This document shows positions 25,493 to 39,213 of a stretch of 64,000 nucleotides of DNA, piece by piece. Each line of letters begins with the position of its first letter. Position 1 is the stretch's first letter. The position numbers and the translations under genes are program-made. A model generated the notes under the pieces. The model did no database searches. It was not told where the DNA came from and was given only the letters and a program-made list of their open reading frames with translations. Source of the DNA: Oopsacas minuta (Eukaryota > Animalia > Porifera); NCBI GenBank assembly GCA_024704765.1, contig JAKMXF010000301.1, positions 410,292 to 474,291 on the forward strand, in the 5' to 3' direction.

Positions 25493-26856
25493 CAGTGCAA
25501 CCCGATGAAATTGGGAAAATGATTAGAGATATGTTTCTAATAAAGAGATATCTTCGTTTTCAATAACTAAACTATACAAACAACATACACAACTACACTA
25601 TAAAATCCACTAGTACTTAATCTTCTGACCAGGACTCTTCTTTACTAAAATTATCCTTTTCTTCAGACTCCAAATATGGCTTCAAAAATTCAATAGAAAT
25701 GTTGTCCCAAACTTGGTTGACAACATTCTCAAGCTCGTCAAGAGACTTGGGAGCCTCAAATCCAGCTGCATTTTTATCTAGGCACATAGATTTTCAATTG
25801 GATTGGGATCTGGACTACAGGCGGGCCAATCCATTCTGATGATACCCTCCATCTGCATGAAATCTTTGGAAATCTTGGAGAAGTGCTTAGGATCATTGTC
25901 CTCCTGAAAGATCCAACCATCAGGATACAGAATTTGACTCTGAACTATTAAGCACTCGTTTAGAATTCCACATTAGCCCAAACCAGTTAAATTTTCTCGA
26001 AAGATCTTCAAAGGGATGTGCCACGAGCAGAAAATTCCCCTCAAACATGAAGCTTTTGTGCATGCTTGGAGGTGAGTTTCACTGGGCGTTCGTCACTTTT
26101 GCATCACAGGCAGAGCTTGCCTTGCGATAACCAAATGGACATTTCGTCGCTGAATACGACCTTCACCCAATCCGTAGCTTTGTTATCTTTCGCCCAAGAC
26201 ACGCGTCTGTCCATATGCTTCTGTGTGAGGAACAGAGTTGTTTGGCAACCTCTCTGGTGTGTCCCAACCTCTTGAGGTGTTGTCTCACGGTCTCTCTGGA
26301 GTATGTATTCGAACGTGTGTTGTTGAATTTGCTTGTCAACTTTCTAATAGACATTTGCCTGTTGTTGCTAGCTAGTTTAACAAGTGAAACGGTGTCGTTC
26401 TTGCTGATAATTCCCCATTTCCGGAATCTCTCTTCCTCTCGGTCGAAATCTCGCTCGGAGTTTAGAAATTGTTCCATAAACTGTGCTCTTCGGAATGCAT
26501 GTGCGACAAGAAACTTCCATCGCATTCGTATTACTGGACAGGTACAAGGTCTTCATCAGTCTCGGTGCATTTGCTCCATCATTTAGAGCTCGTTCGATAT
26601 GAAATTCAAAATAATATGAGAATAATTTTCAACGAAAATAACAAAAATATTCAAATACAATTTGCAATTTAGCTTTTACAATAGTTGGAATGAAAATACA
26701 TTGGCAGTGTTATAAACTGATTTTAAAGAGTACATGCAAAGAAATGTGATATATCTACGAATACAACGAGTGGAATGGACTTTAGAACATATGGTTGCGT
26801 TAAAACAAGCGAAATAAGAAGAATATCAAGATTCCCAATTTCATCTTGTCACACTG
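25493..26856 (-). mobile_element. Tc1 transposon (DD34E type), degenerate
   Basis: TIR cagtg..gatgaaattgggaa at both ends, TA TSD; FSDEMSIW, QEDNDPKH, SPDPNPIEN. Confidence 0.88.
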
Positions 26857-28884
26857 TAGATAAGGTATACAGAACTTGGCATTATCTTGATGTATTAAGG
26901 TACAGAATAACAAAGGGTTTTGTTAACAGAAGAGCAAGGTATTTTTTGAACATTCTCTAGCTCTTAATGTTACATGTGTAAGCTTATGAGGATATAGTGG
27001 CAGAGGTAGTAAGAATGTACTGTAATACATTGAATGAGGTACATTCGTATGAATTAAGCGTTCATAAAGTTTGGTCAACAAACTAATCATAGTCAGGCGA
27101 CATCACAGAATTGAGAAATTCGAATTAAATATTGCATTCCAATATTCCATTGATAACGGACAAACAGAGAAATCAGAAAAAAATTTACAACAAGAATACA
27201 GATTAGATTAAACAAGTATGTTTAATGAAAGATTCATGGTTGGAAAACCAACAATAATGTCAAAGGTCGAAAAAATCGTTATCGAAGTTACATTTGGTAT
27301 CCTTGTCAGTGTCAATCTGATCTCTAGCACTAGAAGCTTTGGTAGTTTTTCTAGATAAGGAAACAAGGCAAATAAAAAGAGATAGAAAAGAGATCTGAAA
27401 ATTTGTAGAATAATTGCATAGGATCTTACGCCTCGTTAGTAGAAAAATCACAAACTTAATAATACAAATTAGAAGAATTCAGACATAATTTGATGCTTAG
27501 AATCCCTAAACCTGTGGTGTATATATTAGGGGGGGGGCAAGGACCTAGGAGGGATATAACCAGGGATGTAGTGCTCAAATTTCTAGTGGGGTAGCGCTTA
27601 TAAATAATATATTACGCAAAATTGGTAAAACAAAGATATTTTTCTATCAATGAAACATGTTGTAATCCACATAACGAGTAATATAAACAATAAGACTCCC
27701 AAAAAATGTTGTCTTCTTCAGTGCAGATGTTCCCCCATTAAACGGAGTTGACTAGGTACGAATAATGGCAACTGCGGAAAATTTAACCTACCTTTATTAT
27801 AATAAAATAACAATAATCTGGTTAAGGTAGCGGAGCGCCGCTCACCTACACTACACACCGGGATATACCCCTCCACTTTTGGCGCCCAAATGGTGATTAT
27901 TTTCAATTAGAATGGTATTGGAAACTTGTCAATTTTCAGGATTAGGGCAGTTGCCCGATCTTTGGGCCATACATTTAATGTTTTGGATGGTTAAATAATG
28001 CAACATATAGAATGATCTAGTCTTTGAGTCCAACAGACTCTTATAAATGTCATGCCTAGAGTATCTGGCTGAAAAACACGTGGTCGTGGGCGGAGCCAGC
28101 TGACCTATGTTGATGTGTAACTAAAGTATACATATAATGACTTGAATATACATATAAGTGAAAATGATCGACAATTTTTTGAGGTTTTACAATTGATTAG
28201 TATAATTTAATAGAAATTAGGTATAAAGTTCAAGGAACCGCGATAAATTCTTTGACATTGAGGGATTCATCTTAGCCAGTCTAATATAGTAACCTTGTTT
28301 AGCACAAGATTTGTTTGAAAAATTGAAATAAGCAGTTATTTCGATATATATTTATGTTCTATATAACGCAACTTGATTGCATTGAAAATCCTGTGAAAAA
28401 TTTCTGAAGAAATTATAGAGAAATACATAATACAAATATTTTGGAACTTTGAAGAACTTCTATTACATGGCAATCGGACATTTCGTGGCCGGAAACCTCG
28501 TCCACTAAAAACATAAAACTAACTAAAGGTATTAAGGATAGACTACTAAACATAAGGCCCAACAGTAATTCATCAATAAGGGACCAAGGATGCAGTATTA
28601 GCTTAATGTATTATATACTTATTTTGATTATTGTAGAAACAGTGCATTTTTCAAACTGAAAAAATGTAAAATATAATTGAAGATCATTGATGCAAAACAT
28701 GCTAAATTTTCCAGAAACGTTCAAAGCATATGTCTAGTAAGCATTATTTAGGGAAATATTCTCTTCTGTTATATCTTGCAGATCTATAAATAGTGCATTT
28801 ATAATCTCGAAGTGAATATATGAAATAATCTCTAGATTTATTAATACAAAACATCAAAAAATTGTCATACAAATGTTCGTTAGG

Positions 28885-29255
28885 TGTTGAGTTATGGTAG
28901 AGACCATGGATGACAAATTCTTGAGAATATTCAAATTCAACTCGAGAACAGTCAAAACTATGGTAAATTAGAATAACCAATAAATAATATATGAATGGTT
29001 TATAATATTCCTTGTAACATTTCGAAATGATATCTCGTAGTATTGTGACGGTGCCCATAATCCACATAAGGTTATTGTCAAGATGGAGCAACATTCCTCA
29101 ATTATTTATCAAAATGAAACACAGGGATATTGGAAATCGAGCCTCTACGATATGGCATAAAGTTAATATTCTGTTTTCACCATGATATTAATGATTCTCG
29201 ATTTATCATTGAATATTCAAAAATTTGTCATCCATGGTATCCCCTCAACTCAACA
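28885..29255. mobile_element. Putative MITE with ~50-bp imperfect TIRs
   Basis: tgttgagtt..accatggatgacaaatt..gaatattcaa inverted at both ends. Confidence 0.55.
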
Positions 29256-30272
29256 ACGATCCAAATTTTATATGGCAAATCTTTGAAAAATCTATTATAG
29301 TATCAATAGATCATTCCAAAAATTGACTCAGAGGTGATAAATGCAATAGTTAACGTCCTAGTCATCAAAGAATGATGTATTTACTAGATATCAGGTTAAG
29401 AATTATCACTCATTGCCACCATGTGCCATAAGAGCACATCTAATACTACGGTTGGAATCGAATAAAGTGGTAAACTGTGACAATGGATGAAAATTTCAAA
29501 CAATTTGCTATCTATTTGAGTTTAAATGTTCTATAATGGTTAATTCGGATACGTAGAAAACAACTAGCGATATCCCCACAATACTTCTCGGAGGGAATTC
29601 TAAGTATATAAATATGTTTGTATGTTCGGAATTGATTAGAGAAACTGGAAGACACCTAGGATTATTTTTGGCAAGGCTCGCAGAAGAGTCCTGACGAAAG
29701 ACACACATATGACATAATGGTCAACTTTAAGATTTCGAACAAACACAATATTTACAACTGCTCAGCCAATATACATGATATAAGTTTGAAAACAGTCACA
29801 GGTACCCACAATATACCCCACGTGCCTAGTGCGGAGGTTAGTACTGGTTGTGTTGTGACCCGAACCATCAAAAATTAGATATCAAATACTTTAGCTAACC
29901 TGAGGGACTAAGCTGTCGCGGAGCAAACTAGCAAGCGCAGAGCGCAAGTTGGTATAAAAATTAATGCTCTCCAAATAAGTAATAAACAGGGGCGCCTACA
30001 TTTATCAGAAATTTTGAAGTTGTCATTTGTCAGAATGGTTTGTATCGAGTTTTGGGTTTGTCAAAATGGTTTATAACGAGTATATTGTGCTCCGATTTGG
30101 GAGTATAAATTTTTTTGCATTTAGTTTCGACAGTATTTAGTTGTTTTTTGTTTGGATTGACGAATTTAAATATCACCTTACGGAAATTCATTAAATATAG
30201 GTGTATTTTACAAACACCTCGCTTCGTTTTCCCTTTTTCCTCGAGGTAAAATTTACGATGAATTGTATATAT

Positions 30273-31960
30273 CACAGTGGCTCAAAATGGCAAAATAGGC
30301 GGATTAAGTACTTAGGTGTGTGCTTGCTCTGCATAATTTATTTATTTATGGGTTATCGACACGAACTAGTCCATTAAACCCATCATATTTTATATATGGC
30401 TTCGATTTTTCTGGAATAACGTCATACCACCTTCATACCATATATGGTCAATTTTATTTTTCTTAACTTTTAAGTGACCATATTCATTTAATATGTTGAC
30501 ATATACTAAATTACTAATTGATACAGTATACAGTGAAACCTCTGGAATCGGGGGACCTCTGAAATTGGGGCACTTGAATTTCGCGAAAATATTTTCCCAT
30601 ACAAATGAACCTCTGGAATTGGGGCAAACCCTGAAAATCTAATTCTTTCAGCTTGCATAGAACTAATACTAAAATCCCCTACGCAAACAGGGCATCAATA
30701 CTGAAATCAACTCAATAAATTTTAATCTCGCAATAACTATCGAATCAAACACAATATGAATGCCACGTAAGAGAACAAGAAATCAATTCAATCCGCCTCT
30801 GAGGGTAAATGTGGTACACAGAACCTACACTAACATTGCGAGAAGGATTCGCTAATCTTTGTCTGCTTCTGAAGCTTATCTGCCAACTAGCCTTCCCCTA
30901 GCCTTCTTCATGGGCAAAATGTAGCGTGGAAATTAATATTCTCTTATGCGAGTACAGTAAAATCTCTAAAAAGTGAACACTTTTGGAACCAGCAAAATTT
31001 TCACTTTAGGGAGGTGTTCAGGATAAGCAATATGTAGCAGAATGAAATATTTTAACGTTGCAGTGTGACTAGCAATACGAAACAATAGTATGACATAATA
31101 TGAACTACATATACACGGAAAATGGTGATTTTAACACAATACCACACTGAAATCCAGAATCGGGGAATTTCCACAATCGGGGCGTCAGAAATTTCCCAGT
31201 ATCCCGCATGCCCCGATTCCAGAGGTTTCACTGTATTATGATTATGAGTTAAGTATTTACATCTCCACCATTATTTCTTGTTCAGATTGTTGATGTATTC
31301 ATTTAGACCTCTGATATTTCCCGATATTCAGCAAGGATAGGATAAATCTGACTTAAGGGTCAAAAGAAGATGTTACTTACATTATATTCAAAAGAACATC
31401 TACGATTAAGCTTCTCCCTATATCATTTACATGTTTGTTTACGGAATTCAAGAATTCTTCAGAAGAAGTCTTCAATCCCAAACCGTCATTGAAATCACTG
31501 ATAAATTCTGAAGAATGTGCAAGTAATTTATGAAGAGATGGTGTTATGTTTGCCCAAGGACATTTACAAATAATTTCCTCATAAGTATCTTTGTAAATGG
31601 AGTAGAGTTTATTAGTGTCTATCCTTCTATGAGAATTATAGACCCGCAATATAACTAAGAGGTTTGTGTGAATAGTGCTAAGAGCAAGTCGGTCTTCTTC
31701 AATCATCATGAATGTAGTACAAGCAGTAAAATATTATTCATTGAGAAAACATTTTCTTGCTATATTACCTGTGGTCATGGTACCGTCATCACTGGATAGA
31801 TAATCTATTTGAAACCCTGCCTTCTCAAACAAGAGATTAAGCATTCGATGCATTGAAGTTTGAACATGATGATGTGAAGGCAGCCATTTCTTCATTCCGC
31901 CTTCCAAGTGATATATCAATAGCTTAAGCCAGCAAAAGACACACAAATAACTATGAAATG
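30273..31960 (-). mobile_element. Transib/RAG1-like element copy 2: 3' TIR plus C-terminal transposase fragment
   Basis: cacagtg end at 30273 aligns without gaps to the copy 1 3' end; FHSYLCVF, GTMTTGNIAR, ITPSLHKLLAH, SSEE on minus strand. Confidence 0.78.
30531..31233. mobile_element. pogo/Tigger-type MITE nested in Transib copy 2
   Basis: TIR cagtgaaacctctggaatcgggg both ends, TA TSD. Confidence 0.9.
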
Positions 31961-32105
31961 AGAATTTCATCAGATATTGAAAGAGGAATGTAAGAATATC
32001 CATAAATATTTCAAAATGTATCCTTGGAATAGATAAAAGTTGTTTATAGATAATATTATTTGATATTTCGATTACATAAGTGTATTTCAATCTTCAGATT
32101 AGCTA

Positions 32106-33441
32106 TAGGGGCATTCAATATATACTAATCACTGCATATTTTTAATGAAACAGCAGTTCTAAGCTAGTATTTCTCAGTGCAATTATATCGAACCATATTT
32201 CAACTTTCTAACAAAACTTAGAGAGAGTTGATCACTTAATTATTTCCTAAGTTTCAGTTATTTTTAGAAACCTACATTTTCTCCTTTACATTTTTCATGG
32301 CTTCCTGTCCTAATTTTTTGGAACTTGAACAACGAACGTACATCAAATTTCGCACCATTCTCGAAATCCCTCCAAAGTCTATTCATGACGAATTGGCAAC
32401 GATATGTGGAGAAGATACTTTATCGTATTCAACTGTCAGAAGGTGGATGAGCCTATTTAGGGAAGATAGGACCTCTGTCCAAGACGCCCCTCGTCCTAGA
32501 GCACCAAAACTGGCGACCAACAATGACAAGTTGAGTGAAGTAAAGGAATATGTCGAGTCTTTTCCGCATTCTTCGGTTGAGGAGGTAGCTAACTATGTTG
32601 GCATTTCAACGGGAAGTGCACACACAATTCTGAAGGCGGATTTAGAACTGAGGAAGGTCCAAGTGCGATGGGTACCACATTGCTTAACTTTTCCACAAAA
32701 GGCCGCGAGACTCCAAATGGCTAAGGGAAACCTTGAAATTTATGAAGGAAGTGACCCTAGGCGGTTATTAGAGATAGTAACAGGAGATGAAACATGGATA
32801 CAATTCAAACCACCGATCAGAAAGCAAGATGGCAGGGTATGGCTAAAGAAGGGAGAGGTACCCCCAGCTGTTTGTGTATCCGACTTCCGTGCCCTGAAGG
32901 TCTTGTACTGCATATTTTTCGATGGCCTAGGTCCTGTAGCCCAAATCCCTGTTCCCAAAGGTCAGACACTCACAGGACAATTTTACGCAGATGTGGTGTT
33001 GCCTGAGGTCGAAAAACATTATCTTAAGCGTCGTCCAAAGACTGGAACTCGTGGTCTCAAAATTTTGCACGATAATGCTAGACCGCATAAATCTTTGGTT
33101 GTAAGGCAAAAAATTAAAGATATGGGTATGCACGAAGTTCCACATCCACCTTACTCCCCTGATATAGCCCCATGTGACTTCTGACTGTTTAGAAAACTCA
33201 AAGATAACCTCTCCGGACGCGAATTTGAGGATCGACTCAGCCTCGGTTGGGCAATTTACAGATACCTTGAAGTCATTCCCAAGGATGAGTACAGAAAGAC
33301 ATTTGAAAATTGGATTAAAAGGCTAAATTCAGTTGTAGCGTATATAGGAGACTACTTTGAACATTCATAGCAAAAATTACCAACTTTACACAAGTATCTA
33401 TAGTTTTAGATGGTATGATTAGTATTTATTGAATGCCCCTG
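32106..33441 (+). mobile_element. mariner transposon (DD34D)
   Basis: TIR (c/t)aggggcattcaata(a/t)atactaatca, TA TSD, 1336 bp. Confidence 0.93.
32297..33370 (+). pseudogene. mariner transposase with a single premature TGA at 33182
   Basis: WVPHCL, IVTGDETW, LHDNARPH, YSPDIAPCDF*LF; reading frame continues to DYFEHS*. Confidence 0.92.
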
Positions 33442-33750
33442 TAACTAGCAAATAAAATATTAATTTCAAAATTCCTCTAGATGGAGACTTTTGTCCGAAA
33501 GATAAACCTCGCATTTTTCCGTTGGTGTTATGGTCACGGGCGCTACGTTTCGCTACCCTATATCTACGTAGTATAATTTTTAAGGCAAACGTCTTCTCTA
33601 ACAGTTTCAGCCATAAGACCATGCGACCTCGAGTGCTCTCGAAAAAGTTTGGACTAATTTCTAATTCTTTCATTCTAATATATTCTATATTTTGTACTTA
33701 GATAATAGTGGTATTTGTAAAAATATTATGTCACATAATTTACCCAAACC

Positions 33751-36700
33751 CGTGACCTACGTAATATAAGGCCTGACTATTGTGCATAGAATTACCTACC
33801 ATCGATTACTTAAAGTGCATTTCGTAATTCACCCATAATTGTAACATGCAAAATTGACATTATCTGAATTGTTGAAATTCTGTTTTAATCACTTCTCTTA
33901 TATAGGTATATATATAATTAGCCCGAGATTATGTTCCCAAGCCTTTCGTTATTTAGGATTTTACAATTTTATCTTATTCTGCAATTCTGTTTCATCACTG
34001 ATTAGCCTTGATGCCTAACACTTGCTCTGCACCTGGATGCCGGAGTAATTATTCAAGGGAGCCATATACACCAGTATCAGATTACCCTCAAACTCTGAAC
34101 TTAGAGAAAAATGGCTAGCTGCTCTGCGCAGGGAGGACATTGAAGATCTAAAAAACGTATTTGTTTGTTCTAATCACTTTCGTACTGAAGATGTCATCAC
34201 TGAAATGGATATGCCTCAACCTGATGACTCATTACAAAAAATTTCTCGGCGACCAATTCTACACAAGAACGCTATACCTTGTCTTCTTCCCAGTTGTCTC
34301 AAGTATCTTAGCTCACCATCCCCGAAGCCTGAAAGTTTAGATCGCGGAAAGATCGAGAGTAAATTATTCTTTCAAGCCTTAGAACAGAGCCTTGATCTTC
34401 ATAAAGCTGAGGATAGTAAGTTCGGTGTCAAGTCATTAGGAGAGCTAAAATGTAAACTCGAAGAATTTGAACTACCTTCTTCTTGGGTCAAATGATTTCA
34501 GATGACACGTCTATTAACTTGCTAAAGCTGTCAAAAGACAAACATATATATATATATATACCAGCATATGTTTCAATTAATGACTCCTTAACACCTACAT
34601 GTAGGCTTCTGTCAAAACATTCAAATTCCTCTCACTATACACAATCTCAGTGATAATCGAGAAATCGATACCATCATCAGCGAGGTTTCTGCATACACTA
34701 AGGACCCTGTTGAAAATTGTATTCGTCAAGCTACTTCTAACATTGAAAGTACGATTTCGAAGATAGGAACTTCGAACGATATGCTAGAGAAATATTCAGA
34801 ATTATTGCCCCAGTTAAAATTTCCACGGTGCCAGTTTGAGAATACGCTAATTCTCAAAAATCGAAGACGGTACAATTTTGTTACAATGGTGCTAGCTCTA
34901 AAATCACATTTGATATCTTCTACCTGCTACAGCTACTTACAGTCTTTAAATTGTTTAATATTTCCCCACCCAACAACTCTACGTAGTCTTTATGGAAACA
35001 TAGGCTTAGAGTGTGAGTTGCAAACATCTTTGAAGGCTTCTACTGCTAAATTCAATAACCAAGAAAGGAATGTTACATTACATATGGATGAAATACATGT
35101 CAAATCAGAGTTTTCTTACACAGGTGGGAGAATACTCGGCTCTTCGACTACACAAAACGAAGCAGCCAATACAGTTCTAGCATTTATGTTATCAAGTTTA
35201 TGCAAAAAATGATCTACAGTTGTACGACTCCTACCCCTTGTGCAAAATCTTCAGCTGCTCAAATACTACCTATTTTACATGAAGTGATCAAGGATGTAGA
35301 AAGTTGCAACCTTCAATTTCAAGTTATTTGTACAGATAACTACCCTCTGAATGTGAATCTGTTTAAGTTACTATCCCCTACTTCCAATCTTGAAACCTGT
35401 GTTCCTCGCCCATTACACACTTGTAGACCACTGTATCTTATTTTCGACTTTGCCCACATCATCAAAAGAGTAAGAAATAATTTGTTAAATCAAATCGATT
35501 CTAATCACACGTTTAGCTGTCCTTCATTCATATCTTGCGAATATACTTTAAAGGTACCATTTCAAGACCTTCGGAGTCTCTTTAAACTTGAGCAAAATTC
35601 TGTCGCTAAAACAGCCCACCGATTAACAGCCAAATCTTGCTGGCCATCTAGTCTTGGAAGCCAGAATGTCAATTTAGCACTTCGCATGTTTGACGACTCA
35701 ACCTCTGCAGCTTTAACAGTCCATGCTTCTAAATATGGCCAAGTTTCAGAAACAGCTCAGTTCATTAGCCTTATTTGTAAGGTATGGAAGATCTTCACAT
35801 TAATAGACCTAATAAAGACATCCGTCTAAATGACGAGCTTTCTATGCCAATACAGAGTAATGGCATTCGGTTTGTATTTCTTTCAGATGTTGTGAAATGG
35901 CATGATAAATGGAGAACTTTACCCCAAAAGCACGGAAACTCACTGCGCAAACCTTTACCAGTTTTCGCCATTCGTGTATTGTCCTTGAAGGGATAGTCAA
36001 CCATCTCACAAAAAACTGTGGTTTGCCTATGTTCTTAGTTTTTTCCTTCAAAACGACCCAATTGAACATCACTTTGGGATTTACCGAATAATGAGCGGTG
36101 CCCAGTACAATGTTACATTTTGCCAAGTTATGCAAAGTGAGAGACTAATTAAGATTTCTGCAATTCTGAAGTTGTTCTCCTCTAGTACTCTGGGTGAGAG
36201 CTCAATCCCATTAAGATAATTTTTAAAGTCATTTTCAATCTCCGAAGAATCTAGCGATGACAATATAGTCGATTTGGACCCCTATAACAGAGTGTTCAAT
36301 GAAGAGAAGACACCAATCATACTCGATATTTCTCTCATTCAATCTATAGCCTTATTGTGTTCATTCCATCTTCAAAAGTGCTTTCTATTCTAAGCGAGGT
36401 ATTACTCACTCTTCTGGCGTAAGAGATACGGAAGAAGTGAGCAGTATTTGCTTTCAGTGTTTGTCAAGTCTTGTTGAAGAAGATACTCTCGAATAAGATA
36501 TAACTGATCCCGTCTATGGTTTAATATGTTCGATTGACAGAGGAGGCCTTAAGTGGCCTTCAGCTCCAGTACTTGAAGCAGTTGTAATTTCGTGGAAGGT
36601 CTACTCCAGGATCGAAATGGATTCTAGTCTCTTCAATCTCTTTATAACAAGTCCATCTCGGAAGATCTTAGTTTCCTTAACATTAAATGTAATCGAGAGT

Positions 36701-37112
36701 AATGAAACTGAGTTTTGGAGAAACAAATGCCCTACTTGTGACACAATAGGATGGAATATCTTAAAGAAGATTATTTTTTTCAGCAACCAACGGTATCTTA
36801 GCTAACAAAGTGAAGAATATGAATTCGTTGAAAAGGACATTAACAGAAAGCTCGAATAACTCTCATAAATACACCAAATTCAAATCATAATAATTAGTAA
36901 TTTTGCAGTTGGCAGTCTCTCTAGTATTTCTTATTTCTTTATTTATACAATTTTTGTTGTAGTAGTGTAAAATATGATTACTTTCTATCTACCATTTGAT
37001 ACGAATATTATCAAAACAATGGTATTAATACCAACATATCATATTCAATGTATGCACTTTAGGTAATCCATGGTCCCAATGATCAGTCAGGCCTTATATT
37101 ACGTAGGTCAGG
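33751..37112 (+). mobile_element. THAP/P-superfamily transposon, copy 1
   Basis: TIR c(g/c)tgacctacgtaatataaggcctgact, 7-bp TSD ccaaacc. Confidence 0.88.
34011..36890 (+). pseudogene. THAP domain plus P-element-type transposase, disrupted
   Basis: MPNTCSAPGC..KW..VCSNHF..P.L; MDEIH, CTDN, FDFAHIIK, QNDPIEHHFG; many frameshifts and stops. Confidence 0.88.
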
Positions 37113-37436
37113 CCAAACCTTATTCTATGATCATAGAAAAGCGGTATTGATAACACTATTAACAAAACATGTATGTTCAATTCTAACAAACTCATTGAAA
37201 ATGACTTTGAAATTAGCGATTATTATACTGACTAACGTCAATTTCATGAGAATATTCACTTCACTATTTGCTCATAGTACAGTCGTGAGCAAGCTACAAT
37301 TCTGTATCTAAATACATGATTATATGATTTAAACTATGATGAGTTCAGAAATAAGACTTCTTAGAGTTTTGAATATGAAAATTTTACCCTAATCAGCCAT
37401 GTTTTCCCACTGTGTATATGATACTAAATCATAATT

Positions 37437-37645
37437 GAATACACTTTGAGCTCATACAGACAACTTGTTGGAAAGGTTTATACTACTTCTGATGGACACA
37501 AATTTATCAACTCTAATGTGAAAAGTACATTTATCTAAAATGTACAATTTCCGTAGTGGTGGAAAAGGTACTGTTATAGTCAACCGCGAGGCGGATCTCA
37601 TAACTCCTTTATCACAGCATAATCATGACATTGAAGAACACAGAT
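37437..37645 (+). pseudogene. N-terminal fragment of the MULE-RING family transposase
   Basis: EYTL..GKVYTTSDGHKF..HNH matches MEYSF..GKVYTSSDGYKY..HNH of 58012. Confidence 0.65.
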
Positions 37646-37957
37646 CGGGGGCCTTATTAACTAAAATTCTTAAGCCAAATTGTTAGAATTTTGCTTAACT
37701 TTAAGTGAAATTCTTAAAATTAGACTAATTCTTAGAAAATTTCTTAGTATTTCCCAACACTTAAGTCATATTCTTAAGTCAAATTTTCAGAATTTTGCTC
37801 AACTTTAAACTAGATTAGATGAAATTTTTGCAGTATATTCAGTGTATAAGCTATATCAATTAGTATAGAGACTTCAAATTTTGTTTGGCATTAAGGTCAA
37901 CGAATTTAATGCCTATTGGAGGGAAACTACCATCTGGGCTCCTCAAATTGTAATATA

Positions 37958-38360
37958 CAGTAGAACTCGGTTAAGACATACTAGCTTGGGAAAAAATAAA
38001 AAGTACGTATTAACGAGGTACATCTTAACCGAGTACGCAATACCCGAGTCATCATAAATTATGATTACTCACTAGTACAAATAACTAACGATCAGATAAA
38101 AATAATGTTATGGTTCGATTATTAAAGGATATATACGGTACGTCACGAGTGTATTATACTACTTTTGAGTACGAATTAACGGAGTACGAATTAACCGAGT
38201 ACCGTTCAATACATTTTGTCCTTTTGGGAAGAATAATTTAGTACCTCTTACCCGATTGTACGTCTTAACCGAATCATTTATAATGGATTAAATAGGACAA
38301 ATTTTTCGGTTATAGACTAGTACGTCTTATCGGAGAGTACGTCTTAACCGAATTCTACTG
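37958..38360. mobile_element. pogo-type MITE with internal ttaaccga repeats
   Basis: TIR cagtagaa(c/t)tcggttaagac, TA TSD. Confidence 0.88.
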
Positions 38361-38440
38361 TATTTGCGAATTAATACAAATTCAAATCGGTATATTCCTA
38401 CTAATATTCGTGCAAATAAAGAGTATGAGAAAACAGTGTA

Positions 38441-38828
38441 CTGTATTTATTCGAATAGTAGCCAGGGCGATTATTCGGGGTAGACAATCATTAATTCAAA
38501 CCACCCATAATGGGGGCGATTATTCGAGTGAAGTGATTAGGTAGGTACTAGGTAAGTATTCAGTTTATCCGCACTAAATGGAGTAATACTATTAGTATTT
38601 ACATTGACCTACTATTTGAAGAAATATGTTCCGCTAGGGTACTAGATAAACACCCTCTTGAGCTTATACCATCCATACCATTGTTTATTACCCTTGAGTA
38701 TACGTCTTGTGTGTGTGGTGTATGTATAACTCTCTAGTTTTTATAATTCGACTTATTAACAATTCGGGGTAGACGATTATTCGAGGGGAGGCGATTATTG
38801 GATAGGGGCTACTATTCGAATAATACGG
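38441..38828. mobile_element. Tc/pogo-type MITE (c(c/t)gtatt termini)
   Basis: TIR c(t/c)gta(t)ttattcgaatagtagcc, TA flanks, internal gattattcg repeats. Confidence 0.8.
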
Positions 38829-39020
38829 TATGTGGAGTTGGCTAGGGTAAGTTCGACTCTTTGATGAAAATTGACACCAATGACGAAATCCAGACTTAAA
38901 TGTTAACTTTTTGTATTTAGATATATCAAACCAATTGCCGCTTCTCAGCCTGTGTATATATTAGATGGTTGAAAGTTGAATCGCAATTACCACTCAATAT
39001 ATACAATTAAGATGCAATTC

Positions 39021-39025
<5 letters not shown>

Positions 39026-39062
<37 letters not shown>
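39026..39062. repeat. (GT)n microsatellite
   Basis: Direct reading. Confidence 0.95.
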
Positions 39063-39065
<3 letters not shown>

Positions 39066-39213
39066 CGTCCAAATTGAGTAATTTACTCTTATAGAAGATT
39101 GAGATCAAATATTATGGCTTCCTAAACAAAATATTATATAATTTCAGAGATGTGTTTATGGTCTACTAAAATCATGAATTATCAATTCTAGAATTGTATG
39201 GTTTATACAATTA

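Noticed and set aside
27658-27895. LTR plus primer-binding site (tggcgccca)
   Set aside because: No second LTR, gag or pol found; a short motif alone is insufficient
33182-33184. TGA recoding or alternative genetic code (TGA at W, C and S positions in several elements)
   Set aside because: TGA replaces different amino acids, TAA/TAG stops and frameshifts are equally common; ordinary decay
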